In this document: in pieces, positions 48,861 through 60,873 of the stretch
Layout: every line of letters begins with the position of its first letter
Position numbering within the stretch: position 1 is the first letter of the stretch
DNA from: an uncultured delta proteobacterium
Lineage (GTDB): Bacteria; Desulfobacterota; Syntrophorhabdia; Syntrophorhabdales; WCHB1-27
Length of the DNA: 64,000 nucleotides
Reading direction: 5' to 3'
Assembly: GCA_963810935.1 (NCBI GenBank)
Contig: CAWEPK010000009.1
Location: 32,001-96,000 of the forward strand
Notes under the pieces: model-generated
The model's database searches: none
What the model saw: the letters and a program-made list of their open reading frames with translations, nothing else
Told to the model about the DNA's origin: nothing
Translations under genes and position numbers: made by a program

Positions 48861-50393
48861 TCACATCCCCGATTGGGTGACGGCGAACGTCTGTCCGGCG
48901 ATAGTGAGAGCGGCGGTCCTCGAGCTGCGGCCGGTATTCATCGATACCGAATACCTTACGGTCCCGCTGCCTGCGCCCGTGTTCCCCGACGTGACCTTGA
49001 TCCACGACGGCGCCCCCGATACCCCCCACGAACAACTGCTGCCGCTTGCGGTCACGGATACCGTCCCGCTTCCGCCGGCGGCAGGAAACGATTTATTCGT
49101 GGGTGATATCGTATAGGTGCAGGCTGCTTTCGGCGTCCACAGTACCTCATTCGAATAACCGCTCTCGTTCTTCGACACGTCGTAGTCGGTGACCGCAAAA
49201 TAGAGAGGGCCGGACAGTCCCGTAAGTGTATACTGCGTCACGTTGCCGGCGTCCGTGCTCTGCGTGTAGCTCCCGCTCGATGCGCCGCAATATATCTTGT
49301 ACCCGGCAGGCGTGAAGCCCGCCGGCTGGGTCCAGCCGAGGGTGACCTGGCTGGTAGTGCTCGACACTATCGACAGGCCCGTAGGCGCAGGTATCTGGAC
49401 CGCAGCCTGGCTCAAGGTGAAATAGAACTGAAGGTCGTACGCGATGTTGCCCGTATAACGGCCGTCCGGGAACGCCGTATACATCCCGTAATTGTTGCCC
49501 TTCTGCACGGCCCTGTAGACCGACCCGCTTATGACCAGGTTGTACGCCTGCCCGTTCTTCAGGGTTATCGGCGCCGGGAATAAATACGTCTGCCATCCGG
49601 GGTATGTGCTTGCGCTGCCCGTGCCTGTTGCAACGGTGGTCCCGCCTGAAGTCTGAAGGGTAAACATGAGGCCGCTGCCCGCCGCCGAGACGCTTGTCGC
49701 TATCTTGTCCCCGCCGGAGACGGTAAATGTCTCCGTGGCGGGACTACTCACTGTCGTCGAGTCGATATAGCCCGTCCCCTGAGTATATCCGTCCGCATAG
49801 TGGACGTTGAAGCTGGGCGTTATATGCAGGTTCGTCTGCCAGCTCGGACCGTTCCAGAGGGTCATAAGGTTTGTATCCGTGTAACACGGCTGGACCGGGG
49901 AGCTGTTCTTTGCGGTATATATTCCGTCATAAGATACGTAGTTGGTTTCCGGGAAAGGATCGACGTTGGTATAAACAACATGGTAAAGCGTGCCCGCAAC
50001 GACCGATACGGATGGACTCACGTTAAACCATTGGATAACGGTCCCACTCGCGGCTTTTGTCGGGTTCGTGTCGATCGTGGTCCACAACACGCTGCTCGAC
50101 GGCAGGTGGCTCGCCGTCCCGTCATCCGTTCGGAGCTCCCATTTGATACGGCCGCCCGTACCGCCCATATAGCCGGGGCTCGTGTTCTCGTACTGCTGGA
50201 CGATCCTGTCTATGGCGCCGGTATGCTCGCACAGAAACCGCGCGGATATCTGGCCGTTCGGGCCTATGGTAAGGTTCGCCAGGCCGTCCATGGCGACGCA
50301 CGGGCCGTAATAGCCGGGTGGGGCCGCATAGGCGGCTGCCGCAAGATAGGACAAAAGCATTAAAGCGAGAAGCAAAACTTTTTTATGCCCCAC
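48861..50393 (-). CDS. Secreted Ser/Thr-rich protein with fibronectin type III and BACON-like domains
   Basis: Signal peptide; PTGL...W...GYKIY...YFAVT.YD..NES.YSNEV (FN3); CTYTISP...CSW...SWI...G.GTVRYSV..N...R (BACON-like). Confidence 0.8.
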   Translation of the reverse strand: MGHKKVLLLALMLLSYLAAAAYAAPPGYYGPCVAMDGLANLTIGPNGQISARFLCEHTGAIDRIVQQYENTSPGYMGGTGGRIKWELRTDDGTASHLPSSSVLWTTIDTNPTKAASGTVIQWFNVSPSVSVVAGTLYHVVYTNVDPFPETNYVSYDGIYTAKNSSPVQPCYTDTNLMTLWNGPSWQTNLHITPSFNVHYADGYTQGTGYIDSTTVSSPATETFTVSGGDKIATSVSAAGSGLMFTLQTSGGTTVATGTGSASTYPGWQTYLFPAPITLKNGQAYNLVISGSVYRAVQKGNNYGMYTAFPDGRYTGNIAYDLQFYFTLSQAAVQIPAPTGLSIVSSTTSQVTLGWTQPAGFTPAGYKIYCGASSGSYTQSTDAGNVTQYTLTGLSGPLYFAVTDYDVSKNESGYSNEVLWTPKAACTYTISPTNKSFPAAGGSGTVSVTASGSSCSWGVSGAPSWIKVTSGNTGAGSGTVRYSVSMNTGRSSRTAALTIAGQTFAVTQSGM

Positions 50394-50675
50394 AAAGCAC
50401 CTCCCCCACCACTTTATGGTCTCAATCTTTAAAGACGACAGCGAACGTGACGGGTCCGGCGCAGCCGGTTGAGCGAGGCACGCTTCCCGGCGTGCTTTCC
50501 CGAGGCAGATTGTCCGATTTGGACCCCTACAAATTTATAATAATCATCGCGCGCCGGGGATGCGAGAGGGTCCGTCGCCTATAAATATCGATAGGCGGTG
50601 AATCGCCTGAAGAAGAGATAAGGGGAATGCCGGATGGCGGACGGTCGACCCCCGCTTATCGTGGGCAGTCAATAG

Positions 50676-50713
50676 AAAAAGGCCCTTTCCCCCACCGGGG
50701 AAAGGGCCTTTTT
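50676..50713. terminator. Bidirectional intrinsic terminator downstream of hppA
   Basis: AAAAAGGCCCTTTCCCC-cacc-GGGGAAAGGGCCTTTTT. Confidence 0.85.
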
Positions 50714-50731
50714 GTTCGCTTGAAAGGCTCT

Positions 50732-53218
50732 TTAGGACGTCGCCAGCTTCTTTTCCGTCTTTGCCGGCTCGCTTATCGCATCGTTGCCTATCCTCATTCC
50801 GTAGAAGGAACGGTAAATGAAGACTAGCGCCACGACGAAGAAGATACAGGCTATCGTAGTCTTGAGCACCTGCGAATGCATCGTAACTGCGATCTCCGTC
50901 GCCAGCAAGCCGAAGAGCGTCGTGAACTTGATTACGGGGTTCATGGAGACCGAAGAGGTGTCCTTGAAGGGGTCGCCCACCGTGTCGCCCACGACCGTCG
51001 CCTCGTGGAGCGGCGTATTCTTTTCTTTAAGGTCTACCTCGACGATCTTCTTGGCGTTGTCCCATGCCCCGCCGGCGTTCGCCATGAAGATGGCCTGGAA
51101 CAGGCCGAAGAAGGCGATGCCGATGAGATAGCCGATGAAGAAGTACGGGTTGAAGAACGCAAGGGACAGGGCCATGAAGAAGATAACGATGAAGATGTTT
51201 ATCATGCCCTTCTGGGCGTACTGCGTGCAGATTTTGACGACTTCCTTGCTGTCTTTGATCGATGCCGTCTTGCTGTCGAGCTTTATGTTCTCTTTGATGT
51301 AGACTACGGCCCTGTAGGCGCCCGTCACAACGGCCTGCGTCGCTGCGCCCGTAAACCAGTAGATAACCGCGCCGCCCATGAGCAGGCCGAGGACGATCTC
51401 AGGCTGCACCAGCGAGAGCTTGGCCACGGCCCCGCCGAAGATCCTCTCCAGCAGGATAATGATGCCGAAGACCATTGTCGTCGCGCCGACGACCGCCGTG
51501 CCGATCAGCACCGGCTTCGCCGTCGCCTTGAAGGTGTTGCCCGCACCGTCTGCCTCTTCCAGGTAGTCCTTGCCGTTCTCGAAATCCGGCTCGAAGCCGA
51601 ACTGTGCCTTTATCTCTGCTTTGATGTTGGGGACGCTCTCAATCTGTGAGAGCTCATAGACGGACTGGGCGTTGTCGGATACCGGCCCGAAGCTGTCTAC
51701 CGCGATAGTGACAGGACCCATCCCGAGGAAGCCGAAGGCCACGAGGCCGAAGGCGAAGACGGGGGCCGCAAAGGCGAATTCTTTCGGCATAAGCGCCTGT
51801 ATCGACGGGTTCATCGAGACGAGATAGCCGATGAGCATGAGCACGATGATGGTCAGGCCTTCCCAGAAGGCGGACATGTTGCCCGCGACAAAACCTGACA
51901 GGATGTCGAGCGATGCGCCGCCCTGGCGTGCACTTGCCACGACTTCCTGGACGTGGCGCGAGCTAGTGCTCGTGAAGGCCTTCGTAAATTCCGGGATCAG
52001 GGCGCCGGCAACGGTACCGCAACTGATGATGATGGCAAGGGCCCACCAGAGAGACGCGTATTTAGGATCGGGCAGGCTGCCGAGCAAAACGTAGCTCGCC
52101 ACGAAAGTCACTATTATCGAGATGGCCGAGGTTATCCAGACCAGGTTGGTGAGCGGCTGCTCGAAGCTGAACTTTTTCTTGTCACCGTACACCGCATTTG
52201 TGATGACTACATTGATGAAGTACGAGACGAGGGAGGTGAGGATCATCAGGATACGCATGGCGAATATCCAGATGATGAGCGTCCCGGCCATAATCGGGTT
52301 GAGCGCCAGGGCCAGGGCGAGGAAGGCAATAAGGGCGACGCCCGTAACGCCGTAAGTCTCGAAGCCATCGGCGGTCGGCCCGACGCTGTCGCCCGCGTTG
52401 TCGCCCGTGCAGTCGGCGATGACGCCCGGGTTCTTCGGGTCGTCCTCAGGCAGGTGGAAGACTATTTTCATTAGGTCGGAGCCGATGTCTGCGATTTTCG
52501 TGAAGATGCCGCCGCAGATACGCAGTGCGCTTGCACCGAGGGACTCACCTATCGCGAACCCTATGAAAGACGGGCCGACAAGGTCCTTCGGGAGAAAAAT
52601 AAGAATGCAAATCATAAAGAAAAGCTCAACGCTCACTAGGAGCAAGCCTACGCTCATGCCGGAGCGCAGCGGGATCGCGACGACGTTGATGGGCTTACCG
52701 TAAAGCGAAGCGAAGGCCGTACGGGAATTTGCGCGCGTGTTGATCCTCATGCCGAACCAGGCCACGCCGTACGAGCCGAGGATGCCCAGGACCGAGCAAA
52801 AGAGGATGATGACGATGTTCCCGAAGGACGCGCCCTGGAGCCCACCGAAATAGTAGGTCATGCAGATGGCTATTAGCAACCACAGGATAACGAGGAACTT
52901 GCCCTGTTGGGCGAGGTAGGATTTGCACGTCTCCCATATGATGTCCGATACGTTGAGCATCGAGCTGTGGGCGGGCAGGTTCTTCGTCTGGTTCGACTGG
53001 ACGAGAGCGAAGATAAGGCCCAGGACACAGACGATCAGACCGAAGTACATGATATGTATGCCGTTCAACGCGGCGCCAGCCACATTGAAGCTGACGTTGG
53101 ACAGGTTGGGCAATACGATGTCTGCCTCGCCGGCAAGTGCGGGTGCCGCACAGAGAAGAACCGGAAAACAGAAGGCAAGCAATGCGGGTAGTGCTCTAAA
53201 TGCTTTTCCGAACCCCAT
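50732..53218 (-). CDS. hppA: Membrane-bound pyrophosphatase, K+-independent H+-pumping type
   Basis: GGIFTKIADIGSDL, EDDPKNP, DCTGDNAGD, GDTVGDPFKD; GNTFKA has the Lys that marks K+-independent enzymes. Confidence 0.93.
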   Translation of the reverse strand: MGFGKAFRALPALLAFCFPVLLCAAPALAGEADIVLPNLSNVSFNVAGAALNGIHIMYFGLIVCVLGLIFALVQSNQTKNLPAHSSMLNVSDIIWETCKSYLAQQGKFLVILWLLIAICMTYYFGGLQGASFGNIVIILFCSVLGILGSYGVAWFGMRINTRANSRTAFASLYGKPINVVAIPLRSGMSVGLLLVSVELFFMICILIFLPKDLVGPSFIGFAIGESLGASALRICGGIFTKIADIGSDLMKIVFHLPEDDPKNPGVIADCTGDNAGDSVGPTADGFETYGVTGVALIAFLALALALNPIMAGTLIIWIFAMRILMILTSLVSYFINVVITNAVYGDKKKFSFEQPLTNLVWITSAISIIVTFVASYVLLGSLPDPKYASLWWALAIIISCGTVAGALIPEFTKAFTSTSSRHVQEVVASARQGGASLDILSGFVAGNMSAFWEGLTIIVLMLIGYLVSMNPSIQALMPKEFAFAAPVFAFGLVAFGFLGMGPVTIAVDSFGPVSDNAQSVYELSQIESVPNIKAEIKAQFGFEPDFENGKDYLEEADGAGNTFKATAKPVLIGTAVVGATTMVFGIIILLERIFGGAVAKLSLVQPEIVLGLLMGGAVIYWFTGAATQAVVTGAYRAVVYIKENIKLDSKTASIKDSKEVVKICTQYAQKGMINIFIVIFFMALSLAFFNPYFFIGYLIGIAFFGLFQAIFMANAGGAWDNAKKIVEVDLKEKNTPLHEATVVGDTVGDPFKDTSSVSMNPVIKFTTLFGLLATEIAVTMHSQVLKTTIACIFFVVALVFIYRSFYGMRIGNDAISEPAKTEKKLATS

Positions 53219-53484
53219 CTCACTCCTCCTCACAAAAATTTTAGATGCAGGAAAGCCCATGATAAGGGCGATCCATAATATAACTACCGGAAAGCGGCCT
53301 TACGTAAATCCTTGTTGATCTCTTCGGGCGCTCGGGCATTTACGGTCCCGACCGTCGCTGCCCGGGTCAGGTGCGAACCACGCGGGCCTGACGCCGCGAA
53401 TGCGTCACGCCGCGCCCTGATGCGGGGGTGATCCTTCGGCTTCTGGTAGCCGAAACGCCGAAAAGCGGTCGTCTATCTAATACG

Positions 53485-53895
53485 TCACGCCTGTGTTTTC
53501 GACGCCGTGGTTATCCTTGCCATGGCGCGCCGCAGATCTTTCTGGAGGGTCTCATACTCCTCCTGCTCGAAGGTGAGTCCCTTCAAAGCGGTCTCTGCCC
53601 TTTCTCTCGCCCTGTGCGCCCGCGCCAGGTCTATCTCTTCCCCGAACTCAGCGGTATCCAGGAGTAGAAGCACCTTGTCGTCCCTGACTTCCGCAAAACC
53701 GCCGCTCGTAGCAACAAAACGGGTCCTGCCCCCGATCGAGAAGCGCACTTCGCCGTGGTCGAGCGTCGAAAGAAAGGGGACGTGGCCGGGAAGCACACCG
53801 AACTCGCCCGCCGCACCCGGCGCCTCTACGATATCCGCATCCTCACGCACCAGCAGTTTCTCAGGTGTGATGATCTCCAGATGGAGCTTCTCCAT
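53485..53895 (-). CDS. atpC: F1 ATP synthase epsilon subunit
   Basis: LEIITPE, GEFGVLPGH, SGGFAEV. Confidence 0.95.
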   Translation of the reverse strand: MEKLHLEIITPEKLLVREDADIVEAPGAAGEFGVLPGHVPFLSTLDHGEVRFSIGGRTRFVATSGGFAEVRDDKVLLLLDTAEFGEEIDLARAHRARERAETALKGLTFEQEEYETLQKDLRRAMARITTASKTQA

Positions 53896-53898
53896 TGA

Positions 53899-55312
<1,414 letters not shown>

Positions 55313-55322
55313 GTTGCCTCCT

Positions 55323-56186
55323 TTAGCTGCTCTGCAGCGCCTCGGCGCCGCCTACGATATCCATCATCTCACTGGTGATGCTCTGCTGCCGCGTCTTGTT
55401 GTAGACGAGCGTCAGATGGTCGATCATGTCACGGCTGTTGTTCGTCGCGTTCTCCATAGCCGCCATTCGGGACGCGTGCTCCGACGTCTGCGACTCGATG
55501 AGGGCGTAAAAGATTTTAGTGAGTACGTAATGCGGGATGAAGCGGACGAGTATCGACTCCATGTCCGGCTCGTAGAGGTATTCCATCTCGTCGCCGGTTG
55601 TTTCCGCCGGTTTCAGGGGCAGGAATTCCTCGAACCTCACTTCCTGCTTTATGGCGGATTGGAAGTGCGTATAGATGAGGTAGACCTTGTCGTACTCCCC
55701 TCTCAAATAGAGGTCCGTGAGGTCGTCAGCCATCATGCCCGCTATCTCGGACCCGGCGGTCTTCACTTCGAGCCATTCTTTCTCCGTCTCGATCTTCCGC
55801 CGCCTGAGATAGTCCCTGATCTTCCTCCCAACGAGATAGACGCCTATCTTCTCGTAGTGCGACTTTTCCGAAACGACAAAGCGCTCGACGGCCGACGCCA
55901 CATTAATGTTGAAGGCGCCGGACAGGCCGCGGTCGGAAGCTATGGGGAAGAGAAGGACTCTCTTGACCTCGTCACGCTCGCCGATCAGGGGATGCGCCCC
56001 TTCCGGGATGCGGCCCGCGAGCCTCGAAAGAAGCCCTTCGGCCGCGACGGCATACGCGGTCACTTTCTCAAGCTCTTCCTGGGCGCGCCGGAGCTTTGAG
56101 GCGGAGATCATCCGCATCGTCCGCGTGATCGTCTGCGTGCTCGTTATACTATTGATCTTCCTCTTTACGTCGCGAAGGGTCGCCAT
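55323..56186 (-). CDS. atpG: F1 ATP synthase gamma subunit
   Basis: ITRTMRMIS, SDRGLSGAFN, SEHASRMAAMENAT, RQQSITSE. Confidence 0.95.
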   Translation of the reverse strand: MATLRDVKRKINSITSTQTITRTMRMISASKLRRAQEELEKVTAYAVAAEGLLSRLAGRIPEGAHPLIGERDEVKRVLLFPIASDRGLSGAFNINVASAVERFVVSEKSHYEKIGVYLVGRKIRDYLRRRKIETEKEWLEVKTAGSEIAGMMADDLTDLYLRGEYDKVYLIYTHFQSAIKQEVRFEEFLPLKPAETTGDEMEYLYEPDMESILVRFIPHYVLTKIFYALIESQTSEHASRMAAMENATNNSRDMIDHLTLVYNKTRQQSITSEMMDIVGGAEALQSS

Positions 56187-56187
56187 G

Positions 56188-57697
56188 TTACGCCTTAAAA
56201 CGCTCCTTGAATGCGTCGAGGGCCTTGTTCAGGGCGCCCTCTATGCTTTCGTCGATCGCTTTCTTCTCACGCACGGCGGTGAATATCTCCGCGTGCTCCT
56301 TTTCCATATAGGCAAGCATCTCTTGTTCGTAGCGCGGTATGGCCGCCTCCGTGTAGATGTCCGTGAAGCCGTTCGTACCCGCATACAGGAGCACTACCTG
56401 CTTCTCCACGGGGTACGGCGAATAGAGGCCCTGCTTCAGCAACACCTGCAGGCGCGCGCCCCTTGAGAGAAGAGCCTGCGTGGATTTGTCCAGGTCGCTG
56501 CCGAATTTCGCAAAGGCCGCCATCTCCCTGTACTGGGCCAGGTCGATCCGGAGGCGTCCCGCCACCTGCTTCATTGCTTTTGTCTGCGCGTTGCCGCCGA
56601 CGCGGGAAACGGAAAGGCCCACGTTGATGGCCGGCCTGTTGCCTGAGTAGAAAAGCTCGGGCTCGAGGTAAATCTGGCCGTCGGTGATGGAGATAACGTT
56701 GGTGGGGATATAGGCGGAGACGTCGCCCGCCTGGGTCTCGATGATCGGCAGGGCGGTCAGAGAGCCGCCGCCGTGCGCGTCGTCCCACTTAGCCGCCCGC
56801 TCCAGGAGCCTTGAATGCAGGTAGAAAATGTCGCCGGGATACGCCTCCCTGGCCGGCGGCCTCCTGAGAAGCAATGAGAGCCTGCCTGTAAGCGACAGCA
56901 TGCTTTGACAGGTCGTCGTAAGCGATCATGGCGTGGCGCCCGGTGTCCCTGAAATACTCGCCCATCGACGTCCCTGCGAAGGGGGCCAGGTACTGAAGGG
57001 GTGCGGTGTCGCTTGCGGTCGCCGCGACGACGGTCGTATATTCCATTGCGCCGTTAGCCGTGAGCACGTCCACGATCCTTGCAACAGACGACCTCTTCTG
57101 GCCGATAGCAACGTAGATGCAAAAGACGTCCTTCCCTTTCTGGTTGAGAATCGTATCGATGACGATGGCCGTTTTGCCCGTGCCCCTGTCGCCGATTATC
57201 AGCTCGCGCTGTCCCCTGCCGATAGGGATCATTGCATCGATGGCTTTGATGCCCGTCTGGAGCGGCTCCTTCACCGGCTGCCTTACCACGACGCCCGGCG
57301 CCCTCTGCTCGACGTTTCTGTACTCCGTGGCCTCGATGGGGCCTTTGCCGTCAAGGGGGACCCCAAGGGCATCGACTACGCGCCCGACGAGACCCTCGCC
57401 GACCGGGACCTGGGCTATTCTGTTCGTCCGCTTGACGAGGTCGCCTTCCTTGATCTCCGTGTAGTCGCCGAAGATGACGGCGCCTATGTTGTCTTCCTCA
57501 AGGTTGAGAACCATGCCGGTGACGTTGTGAGGGAATTCGACCAACTCGCCGGAAACGGCGTTTTCCAGGCCATATATCCTTGCGATGCCGTCGCCGACTG
57601 AGATAACGGCGCCCGTCTCCTGGAGATCGATCTCGCGCTCGAAGCCCGATATCTTCTGCTCTATAATCCTGCTTATCTCATCTGCCTTGACTGCCAT
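56188..57697 (-). CDS. atpA: F1 ATP synthase alpha subunit, +1 frameshift at 56881/56882
   Basis: [21 protein letters not shown]; removing one base restores [25 protein letters not shown]. Confidence 0.95.
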
Positions 57698-57700
57698 CGT

Positions 57701-58243
57701 TTACTCCTCCATCATCCGTTCGCTCAGAAGCTCGAGCTGTCTTTTGACGCTGCCGTCGATCCTCAGCCCGCCCACGACCACCTTGACGCCTCCGATGAGG
57801 CCCGGGTCCTCCTCGATCTTCGACTCCACCGTTTTACCCAGCCGGTCCGCAAGGGCCGATTCGATCTTTTGCTTCACACCGTCAGGGACCGGATAGGCCG
57901 AATAGCATGTTCCCTTTGCCTTCCCTTCCTTCTCGTCGACCATGTCATCGAAGGCATTGCATATGAGAGGCAGATAATTCATCCGGTGCCTTTCGAGAAG
58001 GAGGGCCAGGAGCGCTGCAACCGGGGACGCGACCCCGACTGCGGCGACAAGCGAGGTGAGAAGCTCCTTTCGCTTGGCCATCTCTATCAATGGGAGCATC
58101 AGCGCCTTCTCAATCCTGGGGTCGGAAGAGACGACCTTCAAAACCTGCCCCATCTGCTCCATGTATTCCCTGTATTTCCCGTCCTTTTCACCAACGGCAA
58201 AAAGGGCCTTGGCGTAGCGCCTGGCTATCGACTGGCGTATCAA
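57701..58243 (-). CDS. atpH: F1 ATP synthase delta subunit
   Basis: IARRYAKALF, LIGG, DGSVKRQL. Confidence 0.93.
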   Translation of the reverse strand: MIRQSIARRYAKALFAVGEKDGKYREYMEQMGQVLKVVSSDPRIEKALMLPLIEMAKRKELLTSLVAAVGVASPVAALLALLLERHRMNYLPLICNAFDDMVDEKEGKAKGTCYSAYPVPDGVKQKIESALADRLGKTVESKIEEDPGLIGGVKVVVGGLRIDGSVKRQLELLSERMMEE

Positions 58244-58740
58244 TTCGAGCTCCTGACCTTATCGATGAATTCTTCGACCATCCGGTCGTGGTCGGCCTTT
58301 CCGAACGACGCGCGCACCTTATCTTCGGCCGCTTTCACGGTCCTTTGAGCGATTTCCGCCCGGACGCGCGTCATTGTCTCTCTTATCTCCTGCTCGTAGG
58401 CAAGGCGCGCCTGGTCCCTTATGCGGGCGGCCAGAGCGGATGCCTCATCGAGCACCTTCTTCTTCTCTCTTTCCATCTCTTCCAAAACGGACTTGTGAAA
58501 GGAATCGATCTCAGCGCCGAGGCCCGCGAGGCGCCCTTCGTAGAGCTTTTTGGCTTCCTCTGCCTCGCTTATGAGCTTTTCCGCCTCATCGATCTTCTCC
58601 CTGACCGCCAGGCTCCGCTTTTGCAGGAAGTCGGCCAGCGGTTTCTTCAGGAAGTAGACCAGCGCGAAGACAAGGGCCCCGAAGTTTATAAACTGAATAA
58701 CAAGCGTCAGCCACAGAGGAAGGTCTTTGCCGAGTCCCAT
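58240..58740 (-). CDS. atpF: Fo subunit b
   Basis: INF...KKPL..FL..R, TM plus coiled coil; position in the operon. Confidence 0.88.
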   Translation of the reverse strand: MGLGKDLPLWLTLVIQFINFGALVFALVYFLKKPLADFLQKRSLAVREKIDEAEKLISEAEEAKKLYEGRLAGLGAEIDSFHKSVLEEMEREKKKVLDEASALAARIRDQARLAYEQEIRETMTRVRAEIAQRTVKAAEDKVRASFGKADHDRMVEEFIDKVRSSN

Positions 58741-59165
58741 CAGGCGCTCCTTCCGGTGATCTTTGTTGCGATCTCCAGCGCAAGGCGGTCGGATTCGCCG
58801 ATGAGGGCGTCAAGCGTCTTCCTGCCTTCCGTCTTCACCGATTCCCTGACCTTGGCCAGCTCCTCGGCAAGCTCTTTCCTGGCCTCTTCTATAATTTTCA
58901 TCGAAGCTGCGTGCGCCCCCTTTAGCTCTGCCTCTTTCTCCGCCAGTATGGGGAGCCTTTTCTCTTCGAGCTTCCCTGTATATGCGCCGGAGAGGCTTTC
59001 TGCCTCGCTTTTCTTCCCTTCGGCCTTATCGGCAAGCTCCGTTATCGCGGAGCGCCTTTTGGCAAGATGGTTGAGGATGGGTTTAAAAAGGAATACCTTG
59101 AGGAGAATCAAAAGTACAAGTAGTTGAAAAAATTGAACAAAAAGCGTGTAGTCCGGACTTATCAT
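58740..59165 (-). CDS. Fo subunit b'
   Basis: DYTLFVQ...LFKPIL...R, TM plus coiled coil; first gene of the operon. Confidence 0.88.
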   Translation of the reverse strand: MISPDYTLFVQFFQLLVLLILLKVFLFKPILNHLAKRRSAITELADKAEGKKSEAESLSGAYTGKLEEKRLPILAEKEAELKGAHAASMKIIEEARKELAEELAKVRESVKTEGRKTLDALIGESDRLALEIATKITGRSA

Positions 59166-59262
59166 CTTAGGCTATCCCCCTGTACTCCGTCCCCCGATGG
59201 TCTGGTTGTGAAATTCTTAACACGGATCGCGGAGCATTTTCAACTTATTTTCGAATTATTTA

Positions 59263-60078
59263 TTATTGCGTCTCGACAGCCAGACACTCCAGCAGCCGAT
59301 CGAGGTCTTCCCTCGAAAAAAATTCTATTATAATCCGACCCTTATTTCTCTTGAAGGTAACCTGCACCTTCGTCTTGAGCGCCTCCCGCAGAATTTCCTC
59401 CGCATGGAGGAAGGGCGACGGCTTGGCGGTCGGGGCCGCTTTTCTCACCTGTTCCAGCTCCCGCACCGAGAGACGTTCGTCGAGCGCCTTCGCCACGTAT
59501 CTCTTCTGTTCCTGCTCGCTGGAGAGGGTTATCAGCGTCCTGCCGTGCCCCTGGGTCAGCTTGCCGGCCGCAAGCAGGTCCTGTATCCATTGCGGCAGCT
59601 TGAGGAGCCTGATGTAGTTTGTAACCGAGCTCCTCTCGATCCCAACCTTCTTCGCAAGCTCTTCGTGGGTGTAGCCGAACTCCTCGACGAACCTGTGGTA
59701 AACGTTCGCTATCTCCACAGCGTTCAGGTCCTCCCTCTGCACGTTCTCGATCATTGCAAGCTCCAGGGCCTCCCGGTCGTCCACTTCCCTGACGATTGCA
59801 GGGACCTCTTTCAGCCCCGCCATTTTCGCCGCGCGGAAGCGGCGCTCGCCTGCGATGATCTCATATGCGCCCTCTTTCCTCCTGACGAGGATAGGCTGCA
59901 AGAGGCCTTTTTCCTGGATGGAGGCTGCCAGCTCCTGGAGCGATTCCTGCTTCATCTCCACCCTGGGCTGGTTCGGGTTCACCAATATCTGCTGTACGGA
60001 GATAGCGTGAGCGTTGCCTTCATCCACGTCTCTCAGTATCGCAGAGAGCCCCCTGCCCAGCGGGTCTTTCTTATGCAT
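59263..60078 (-). CDS. parB: Chromosome partitioning protein ParB
   Basis: LGRGLSA, NPNQPR, GLLQPI, IAGERRFRAA, IENVQREDL. Confidence 0.95.
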   Translation of the reverse strand: MHKKDPLGRGLSAILRDVDEGNAHAISVQQILVNPNQPRVEMKQESLQELAASIQEKGLLQPILVRRKEGAYEIIAGERRFRAAKMAGLKEVPAIVREVDDREALELAMIENVQREDLNAVEIANVYHRFVEEFGYTHEELAKKVGIERSSVTNYIRLLKLPQWIQDLLAAGKLTQGHGRTLITLSSEQEQKRYVAKALDERLSVRELEQVRKAAPTAKPSPFLHAEEILREALKTKVQVTFKRNKGRIIIEFFSREDLDRLLECLAVETQ

Positions 60079-60843
60079 TTATCCTCCGTCGCCCGATATT
60101 TCAGCAGCCAGCTCCAGATAGCTTTCGGCGCCTTTCGATGCCGCGTCGTACAGGACCACGGGCTTGCCGTAGCTCGGCGCCTCGCTCAGGCGCACGTTCC
60201 TCGGTATCACGGTCTGAAAGACCTTGCTCCCCAGGTGCCTGCGCGCCTCTTCCATGACCCGGAAGGATAGATTGTTCCGCTTGTCGAACATGGTAAGGAG
60301 CACCCCGAGGATCTCCAAGTCCGGGTTAAGCCTCTTCTTAATGACCGAGATCGTTTTCAACAGAAGGACGAGCCCTTCCAGGGCATAATATTCGCACTGA
60401 AGAGGTACCAGGACGAAGTCGGAGGCGGCAAGCGCGTTCACCGTAAGGAGGCCGAGCGACGGGGGACAGTCTATGAACGTATAATCGTAATTTTCACGGA
60501 TGCCGGCCGCGGCCTTCTTGAGCACCATCTCCCGCTCGTCCATTTCGAGCAGTTCTATCTCCGCCCCGATCATGTCGGGATGGCCGGGCGCAAGGTCGAG
60601 CATGGGGAGGGCCGTTTTCACTATGACCCGGTCCATGGGGCATTCGCCTATCATGGCGCGATAAAGGTTCTCCTTCAGCTTCCCGTAAGAGATGCCTACC
60701 CCGCTCGTCGCATTGCACTGCGGGTCCATGTCCACAAGGAGCGTCCGGTGCTCGGCGACGGCCACCGAGGCCGCGAGGTTTATCGCGGTGGTCGTCTTCC
60801 CAACGCCGCCTTTTTGGTTGGCGATCGCTACAATTTTACCCAT
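60079..60843 (-). CDS. parA: Chromosome partitioning ATPase ParA/Soj
   Basis: NQKGGVGKTTT, DCPPSLG, QCEYYALEG, IPRNVRLSEAPS. Confidence 0.95.
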   Translation of the reverse strand: MGKIVAIANQKGGVGKTTTAINLAASVAVAEHRTLLVDMDPQCNATSGVGISYGKLKENLYRAMIGECPMDRVIVKTALPMLDLAPGHPDMIGAEIELLEMDEREMVLKKAAAGIRENYDYTFIDCPPSLGLLTVNALAASDFVLVPLQCEYYALEGLVLLLKTISVIKKRLNPDLEILGVLLTMFDKRNNLSFRVMEEARRHLGSKVFQTVIPRNVRLSEAPSYGKPVVLYDAASKGAESYLELAAEISGDGG

Positions 60844-60873
60844 AGACGAGATAGATTAGCACAAACGATCTTG

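Noticed and set aside
53219..53484. Fluoride or other riboswitch upstream of hppA
   Set aside because: Hairpins are present but the GGCGAUGG...UAAUGRC fluoride consensus is not
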